This document shows, piece after piece, positions 58,242 through 64,000 of a stretch of DNA of 64,000 nt. Where the stretch lies: NCBI GenBank assembly GCA_902797055.1, contig CADBRT010000117.1, positions 4,249-68,248 on the forward strand. Direction: 5' to 3'. The position numbers and the translations under genes were made by a program. Origin of the DNA: an uncultured Spirochaetaceae bacterium. GTDB taxonomy: Bacteria; Spirochaetota; Spirochaetia; Treponematales; Treponemataceae. Position 1 is the first letter of the stretch, and every line of letters starts with the position of its first letter. Under the pieces are notes generated by a model. The model was not told where the DNA came from. It saw only the letters and a program-made list of their open reading frames with translations, and did no database searches.

Positions 58242-58281
58242 AAAAAAATCCCGCCAGGAAGAGAAACCTGCGGGATTTTTT
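58242..58281. terminator. Bidirectional terminator between the convergent GGDEF and MCP genes
   Basis: A7, then ATCCCGCCAGG...CCTGCGGGAT, then T6. Confidence 0.8.
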
Positions 58282-58301
58282 CTTCATTTCCCAAGACCAC
58301 A

Positions 58302-58333
58302 GAATTTTCAAAATCGCAAGATTTTGAGAATTC
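58302..58333. other. Near-perfect 14-bp palindromic hairpin directly after the MCP stop codon
   Basis: GAATTTTCAAAATC-GCAA-GATTTTGAGAATTC with one G-U pair and no adjacent T-run. Confidence 0.5.
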
Positions 58334-58336
58334 CCC

Positions 58337-60412
58337 CTAGACCTTGAACTGGTCTATCTGGTTGCCGATTGTATTGATGGCTTCCTTCATTTTGAGGGAA
58401 ACATCATGCAAAGAGGTACCCGTCTCGTTGATCTTTGTAGCACCGACCCTCATCTCGTCCATGCTTTCCTTCATCGCGGTGGTAGCGTTCTGAAGATTGC
58501 GGACTTCTTCGAGGATAGCCTTGTTGCCCTCACTCATCTCAGTAGACGCAGAATGGACTTCCACCGTACTGTCGTTCATGGCGTGAAGGGCTTCACTAAT
58601 CTGCTTGGATCCCTGCGTCTGCTCAAGCATGGCGGACCGAATCTGACGCACAAGCTCGTCTGTCTCCTGAATCTTCTCGGAAACAGAAGAGAATGCATTG
58701 CTTGACTCCGATGAAGCCGTTACAACAGTCGTAATTGCCGTTTGGATGTTCTTGAGCTGATCCCCGATTGTCTTTGACTGCACAGAAGAGGTTTCCGACA
58801 GCTTTCTGATTTCGTCTGCAACAACGCTGAAGCCTTTGCCAGCCTCTCCCGCGTGTGCAGCCTCGATTGCCGCATTCATGGCAAGCAGGTTTGTCTGTTC
58901 CGCAATGTTGGCTATGGTCTTGTTCGCTTCCAAAAGCATGGCAGACTGGTTTTCAATCTGACCGATGCGATCGTTCATGTCTATCTGCTTGGCAAGGCCG
59001 TTCTTCGCTGTTGTCTCAAGACTTTCAAATGAAGCCGCCATCTTTTCCACAGAGACATTTACGGAGCTGATGTTTCCTATCATCTCCTCAACAGCGGCTG
59101 ATGCCTGTGATACACCGGAAGACTGGTTCTCTATCATGTGCTCCAGAGATTCAATATTTGAGGCAATTTCGTTGACTGCACCCGCGGTCTGACTTACACT
59201 GTCCGACTGGCTGCTTATCTGGTTGTGCATACTCTGGATGTTCGCGATAATCTGTGTGATTGAACTGGCGGTCTCGTCAAGAGCAAGGGAAAGTTCGTTC
59301 CCTGCATTGGAAAGCGTTCCTTTCGAAGTCTTGACGTCCTTGATGATTTCTTGCAGCTTTTCTGTAAACTTATTGAATCCGTCTACGAGGCTGCCTATTT
59401 CGTCATTGCTCGTGACAGAGATTCTCTTCGTCAAGTCGGCGTTTCCGCTTGCAATACCGTTGATGGTCTTGTCAACGACAAGGATAGGCTTTATGAGCGG
59501 TTTTGCTATGAACAAGGCGATGATTCCCGATGCAACAAGGCTCACAAGCGCGAGTGCTACAATGACGAAGACATTGTGGTTGACATGCTCGAAAAGCTCT
59601 GAGCGCGGACCAACGGTGACGAACAGCCAGCCGCTTTCCTGAGAAACCTGTCTGGCGGCAACATACTGGTTACCCCCGGCGTTCTGCAGGAACAGGACAT
59701 CGTTCAACCCTATTTTGCCCTCCAAGCCGGAAATGCCGTGCTCCTCAAAGAAGTTCACGTTCATCAGCTTTGAACTGTCGGAATTCGTTACATACCTGCC
59801 GTTCTTGTCGAGAAGGTAGGATACCCCTGATTTAGTGAGTCTGATAGGGGATACCTTTGCATCAAGATTTTTGAGCTGCATGTCAAGTCCAATCACACCC
59901 TGCATTGTTCCGTTTTTGGACACGCTGGTAGAGAGGGCGGAAACCATTGATTTGGTGACGCTGTCGAGGTACGGGTCTGAAATGGCGTGCGTTGTTGCAT
60001 GACTGCCCGCCTTGTACCATGCGCGGGTCGTCTGGTCGTAGTCGGAAGGAGGATTCCAGCGATCGTTCGCATAGAAGAAGCCTCCGTCCTTGAACGGCAG
60101 TGCGCTGGCGAAGTACAGCTCGGAAAAATCCTTCTCATCAGCGAGCATACTCTCAAAAAACTTTTCTATATTATCCTGATCAACAGGATGGGTTTTCAGA
60201 TAATGTTTTGCAGATGATACGATGGTTTCTGCTTTCTGAAGGAAGACGTTGATATCAGAGCACGCCTGGGAGACGCGGGACTCTCCTGAGTCCACAGCAT
60301 TTTGTAATGAATTTCTATACTGTATTGTTATAACTGGTATTGAAACCAACAAGACTGACAGGAATACCACCATGATATTACTTAACAGTAGTTTCACGTT
60401 TATGCTTTTCAT
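58337..60412 (-). CDS. Methyl-accepting chemotaxis protein with a dCache-like sensor
   Basis: TM helix, Cache-like region, second TM helix, HAMP ([11 protein letters not shown]), and [39 protein letters not shown]. Confidence 0.9.
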   Translation of the reverse strand: MKSINVKLLLSNIMVVFLSVLLVSIPVITIQYRNSLQNAVDSGESRVSQACSDINVFLQKAETIVSSAKHYLKTHPVDQDNIEKFFESMLADEKDFSELYFASALPFKDGGFFYANDRWNPPSDYDQTTRAWYKAGSHATTHAISDPYLDSVTKSMVSALSTSVSKNGTMQGVIGLDMQLKNLDAKVSPIRLTKSGVSYLLDKNGRYVTNSDSSKLMNVNFFEEHGISGLEGKIGLNDVLFLQNAGGNQYVAARQVSQESGWLFVTVGPRSELFEHVNHNVFVIVALALVSLVASGIIALFIAKPLIKPILVVDKTINGIASGNADLTKRISVTSNDEIGSLVDGFNKFTEKLQEIIKDVKTSKGTLSNAGNELSLALDETASSITQIIANIQSMHNQISSQSDSVSQTAGAVNEIASNIESLEHMIENQSSGVSQASAAVEEMIGNISSVNVSVEKMAASFESLETTAKNGLAKQIDMNDRIGQIENQSAMLLEANKTIANIAEQTNLLAMNAAIEAAHAGEAGKGFSVVADEIRKLSETSSVQSKTIGDQLKNIQTAITTVVTASSESSNAFSSVSEKIQETDELVRQIRSAMLEQTQGSKQISEALHAMNDSTVEVHSASTEMSEGNKAILEEVRNLQNATTAMKESMDEMRVGATKINETGTSLHDVSLKMKEAINTIGNQIDQFKV

Positions 60413-60563
60413 AACTTACCTCGCATGCACAACATCTTAACAGACTTCCGTTGCATTATTCCTAAAACAGAAATCCACAATTATTTTAGTATAACAGATA
60501 TATTTGTCCTGTCAACTGTGCGAAATCCTGATTTGCTTAAATTAACTGGAAAGAAAATCTTCC

Positions 60564-60593
60564 TTGCGTTCTTTCAAATACTAGTAGTATACT
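60564..60593 (+). promoter_or_regulatory. Candidate promoter of the hybrid kinase gene (TTGCGT-N18-TATACT)
   Basis: Sequence pattern only. It lies about 40 nt upstream of ATG 60631. Confidence 0.25.
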
Positions 60594-60630
60594 GAAAAAA
60601 CAGCCCATCATACGGAGGTTCCCCATCCCC

Positions 60631-63474
60631 ATGCAGGAAAAAGAGTACATCAACTACTATCTGTTGAGGAATAAAGCTTACCGCATAACCATTCCTCTTA
60701 CACTTGTATTAGGTTTCATCATACTGCTGATTCTTGAACTTTCTTTTCCGTATACGAAGAATTGGGGGACTTTAGGCATTGTTAAATACGGACTCGAAAT
60801 CGTCATCGTCATGATGGCGACCTCTCTGTCGGGATGGATGGTGGGAGCACTGATAGTATTTCTCATCTTTGAGACGCTGACGTTCACGCATGGACCTCAG
60901 TTCCACACCTTTGTGCTGCTGATTCTTTCACTGTGCTCAAATATTCCGATGAAGGAAGGCTGGTACCGAAGCCTCTGGAAGACCATACTGCTGTTCATCG
61001 GCTTTACAATCACCATGGCGGCGGGGACGGCATTCGTCGGCTGGATCGTCAACGATTTCGGCAATTTCTGGCACGACTTGTGGATATACGCACTCCCGCT
61101 GCTCATCGTCTGTATACTCAACTACGCCTACATGAACTTGGTGCCGGAGAAAATCCACGGGCTGTTCTTTGCAAGCTCTTTCAGTTCTCCGAAGATACGG
61201 AATATCCGCATCCGGTTAAAAAAGCAGAAGAACCGAAAGAGCATCGGTTCACAGATTTCGTGTCTCATCATATTCGAAGCGGCTTTCCTGATTATGTGCG
61301 CGTACGGATGGGGAGGCGGTATTTTCCTGCACGCGCCACACTTCTTTGAAAACCATCTGGAAAGCGCACGAGCAATGACGGAGTTCTTCGTCTGCATGCT
61401 GATGACTTCCATCCCCGTCATGCTTCTGGGCATAGCCTACTCGAACATCGCCATTTCAAATCCGCTGCTGCTCATGTCGCTTGCCATGCAGGACGCCTAC
61501 AAGACGATGATGGAGGAAGCGTGCTCCATAGATGACATAAGCATCTACGACCTCAAACTCGACCAAGAGAATGAAATAGGAGTGCTGTACCGCTGCCTCG
61601 TCGATTCCGTAGACAACGTAACAACCTATCTTGAACAGGTGAAACGGGAACAAAAACTGACGAATGACCTTGCTGCCGCCAATGCCGCCAGCAAGGCGAA
61701 ATCCTCGTTTCTGTCGAACATGAGCCACGAAATCCGTACTCCTATCAACGCAGTGCTCGGGTTGGACGAAATGATACTGAGGGAATGCAAGGATACGGAC
61801 ATTCTGTCCTACGCCCGCGACATCCAGAACGCCGGCAAAAGTCTGCTCAGTCTTGTAAACGACATACTTGACTTCAGCAAGATAGAAGCTGGAAAGATGG
61901 AAATAATCCCGACGGAATACGATCTCAGTTCCACCATAAACGACTTGGTGAACATGATTGCAAAGCGAGCCGAGGACAAGGGGCTTGAACTCGTTCTGAA
62001 CATAGACAAGACTATTCCTCACCTGTTGTTTGGAGACGAAGTGAGGCTGAAACAGTGCGCAGTGAACATTCTGACGAACGCCGTCAAATACACAGAAAAA
62101 GGCTCTGTCACGCTGTCCATTTCAAGCGAAAAGACTGCCGGGGATACGATTTCCCTGACAGTGAAGGTCGCAGACACTGGAATCGGAATAAAAGAAGCGG
62201 ATATTGAACGGCTGTTCACTGCATTCCAACGACTGGACGAAAAGCGCAACAGAACCATCGAAGGTACCGGACTGGGCATGAACATTGTACAGCAACTGCT
62301 CTCCCTTATGGGATCTGTGCTGCACGTTGAAAGCACATACGGCAAGGGCTCGACGTTCTCCTTCTCTGTGGAGCAAACCGTCATCAACTGGGAGCCGATC
62401 GGCGATTTTTCCCAGACCTACCAGAAATCACAGGAAACCACAACAGAAGAACACGAAGCGTTCCACGCACCTGAAGCACATGTGCTCGTCGTCGACGACA
62501 CGCCTTTGAATCTGACGGTGGCAAAAGGGCTGTTGCGGAGGATTCAGATGCAGGTGGATACCGCGGAAAGCGGAGCCGAAACGCTGGAACTCGTGCAGAA
62601 GAACCGGTACGATATCATATTCCTCGACCACCGCATGCCGCAGATGGACGGCTTGGAAACGTTCGCTGCAATGGCTTCGTTGGAAGGAAACCTGAACAGA
62701 GGAGTTCCCTGCATAGCCCTTACCGCGAATGCTATCTCGGGAGCAAGGGAGCAATACCTCAAGGCAGGATTCAACGACTACTTAACCAAGCCGATTGACA
62801 GCCGGAAACTGGAGAAAATGCTTTCTACCTATCTGCCGCCGGAAAAGATTGTCCCTGTCGAAGAAGATTCAAACGAACAGACGGAGTCCGCCGAAGCGGC
62901 AACGGAAGAAAGCCTCGCAATCGAAGGAATCTCCACAAAAGACGCACTGCAGAACTGTGGCGGAGAGGATATTCTCTGCGCAGCCTTAAAGGACTTTTAC
63001 AACGCTATCGATGAAAAGTCCGCACAGATAGAATCGTTCGTTCAAAGCGGAGATTTAAAGAACTATACGGTGCTCGTACACGCGCTCAAAAGCTCTGCCC
63101 GACTCATAGGCGCACAGCAACTTTCAAAGGATGCGGCACATCTGGAACTCTGCGGAGATGCCGGAGACAAGCACGAGATAGAGGAAAAGACACCGGCACT
63201 GCTTGTGCTGTACAGAAGCTACAAGGAAAAACTGCAGGCATTTGCCCCGCCAAAGGCAGACACAAGCGTAAAGGAACCGATGAGCATGGACTCGTACAAA
63301 GAAGCGCTTTCCGGTTTAAAAGACTGCATGGAAGTCGCAGACTTTGACAGCGCAGATGAAATTATAGCGATGATGGATGACTATGCCATTCCCGCAGAGG
63401 CTGTTGAACAATATGAGGCGCTAAAGAAACACATCGCTGCAGTTGACAGGGATTCCGCCCTTAAACTTCTGTAA
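60631..63474 (+). CDS. Hybrid sensor histidine kinase (multi-TM sensor, HisKA, HATPase, REC, HPt)
   Basis: About 280 aa of TM helices. H-box SHEIRTPIN, N-box NILTNAVKYT, G-boxes DTGIGI and GTGLGM. Receiver motifs LVVDDTPLN and FLDHRMPQMDG. C-terminal HPt motif HALKSSARLIGA. Confidence 0.9.
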   Translation: MQEKEYINYYLLRNKAYRITIPLTLVLGFIILLILELSFPYTKNWGTLGIVKYGLEIVIVMMATSLSGWMVGALIVFLIFETLTFTHGPQFHTFVLLILSLCSNIPMKEGWYRSLWKTILLFIGFTITMAAGTAFVGWIVNDFGNFWHDLWIYALPLLIVCILNYAYMNLVPEKIHGLFFASSFSSPKIRNIRIRLKKQKNRKSIGSQISCLIIFEAAFLIMCAYGWGGGIFLHAPHFFENHLESARAMTEFFVCMLMTSIPVMLLGIAYSNIAISNPLLLMSLAMQDAYKTMMEEACSIDDISIYDLKLDQENEIGVLYRCLVDSVDNVTTYLEQVKREQKLTNDLAAANAASKAKSSFLSNMSHEIRTPINAVLGLDEMILRECKDTDILSYARDIQNAGKSLLSLVNDILDFSKIEAGKMEIIPTEYDLSSTINDLVNMIAKRAEDKGLELVLNIDKTIPHLLFGDEVRLKQCAVNILTNAVKYTEKGSVTLSISSEKTAGDTISLTVKVADTGIGIKEADIERLFTAFQRLDEKRNRTIEGTGLGMNIVQQLLSLMGSVLHVESTYGKGSTFSFSVEQTVINWEPIGDFSQTYQKSQETTTEEHEAFHAPEAHVLVVDDTPLNLTVAKGLLRRIQMQVDTAESGAETLELVQKNRYDIIFLDHRMPQMDGLETFAAMASLEGNLNRGVPCIALTANAISGAREQYLKAGFNDYLTKPIDSRKLEKMLSTYLPPEKIVPVEEDSNEQTESAEAATEESLAIEGISTKDALQNCGGEDILCAALKDFYNAIDEKSAQIESFVQSGDLKNYTVLVHALKSSARLIGAQQLSKDAAHLELCGDAGDKHEIEEKTPALLVLYRSYKEKLQAFAPPKADTSVKEPMSMDSYKEALSGLKDCMEVADFDSADEIIAMMDDYAIPAEAVEQYEALKKHIAAVDRDSALKLL

Positions 63475-63501
63475 AAAGCCCGTACCAAAAGGAGATATGA
63501 T

Positions 63502-64000
63502 ATGGAAAAGAAGGTTTTGTTTGTAACACCGTCAAAGAGTATCCTCGTGACGGCTATGGTAAAGAAGATAGAAGAAGCCGGATACCCGGTTACAAGATGT
63601 GAACCGGATATGAAGGTACTCGGAGAAGTAAAAGAAATCCCGGCTTTCACAATCGTCTATCTGGAAGGCATAGGTCAAGAACACATGGAAGTACTGTCGT
63701 ACCTGAGCAAGGAAGCTGAAAAAAGCATAGGAACGAAACAACTGTTTTTAATCGGAAACCCAGTGGAAACACATGACGCCTTTCAATTTGTAAACAGGAA
63801 TGCGATAGCGGGAACTTTCAACCGCCCGGTGAACGTACAGAACCTCATACAGCAGTTTTCAACGAAAGACAAAAGCAGCTTGAAGAGGATCCTCGTCGTC
63901 GATGACGACACCATTCTGCTCAGAACCATGAAGAACTGGCTTTCCAAGCAGTACGAAGTGCTCATGGCAAATTCCGGCATGAACGCAATCTCCCTTCTCG
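63502..64000 (+). CDS. Response regulator, 5' partial (degenerate receiver followed by a canonical receiver; the output domain lies beyond the window)
   Basis: The frame is open from ATG 63502 (AAAGGAGA SD 8 nt upstream) to the window end, and it is not in the ORF track. Domain 1 lacks the acidic pocket (VLFVTPS, IVYLEG). Domain 2 begins KRILVVDDDTILLRTM. Confidence 0.75.
   Translation, partial: MEKKVLFVTPSKSILVTAMVKKIEEAGYPVTRCEPDMKVLGEVKEIPAFTIVYLEGIGQEHMEVLSYLSKEAEKSIGTKQLFLIGNPVETHDAFQFVNRNAIAGTFNRPVNVQNLIQQFSTKDKSSLKRILVVDDDTILLRTMKNWLSKQYEVLMANSGMNAISLL

Noticed and set aside
1-64000. Search for rRNA, tRNA, transposase/integrase, prophage or defence-island genes
   Set aside because: I recognised none. 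Every ORF of 150 aa or more is accounted for by housekeeping, transport, signalling or hypothetical genes, and the intergenic regions are too short or lack the expected signatures. This is visual inspection only; tRNAscan-SE, Infernal and a defence-system HMM scan would be decisive.

Overview
The window is a gene-dense bacterial chromosomal segment of about 50 protein genes. Hand counts put most of it at roughly 48-60% G+C. Gene content and protein style suggest an anaerobic, peptide-fermenting spirochaete (Treponema-like); this is an inference from memory and is not verifiable here. From left to right the content is as follows. (1) GTP-PEPCK and RadA. (2) A long minus-strand housekeeping run: UvrD/PcrA-like helicase, RimO-like methylthiotransferase, RodZ-like protein, LolA-like protein, Gfo/Idh/MocA oxidoreductase, PurB and two TPM-domain proteins. 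(3) A phosphofructokinase and CstA. (4) A compositionally distinct low-GC pair made of a solute-binding lipoprotein and a chemoreceptor. (5) A sugar ABC importer. (6) A fused PyrK-PyrD dihydroorotate dehydrogenase and an HD-GYP phosphodiesterase. (7) Two complete five-gene Opp/Dpp-type peptide ABC operons, with PepF, an M18 aminopeptidase and an FMN-bind/FAD flavocytochrome reductase between them. (8) An OmpA-family protein and acetate kinase. (9) A signalling cluster: GGDEF cyclase, chemoreceptor, hybrid HK-REC-HPt kinase and a partial tandem-receiver regulator. I recognised no rRNA, tRNA, CRISPR array, transposase or integrase by eye. The best candidate for something undescribed is not a large gene system. 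It is a compact intergenic locus at 3538-3850 that looks like a type I toxin-antitoxin module. It has a 25-codon hydrophobic ORF resembling BsrG/holin-like toxins, a hairpin that sequesters its Shine-Dalgarno (SD) sequence, a convergent near-consensus promoter, a shared bidirectional terminator, and a 9-nt anti-SD in the predicted antisense RNA. Other observations worth a second look are listed here. A strong intrinsic terminator abuts the SD of the first opp operon. A 23-bp tandem array carrying TCACGTGA palindromes lies upstream of an apparently leaderless pepF. A 138-nt multi-hairpin element sits at the edge of the low-GC SBP-MCP module. The pyrK and pyrD genes are fused. All functional calls rest on motifs read directly from the translations; no database search was possible.
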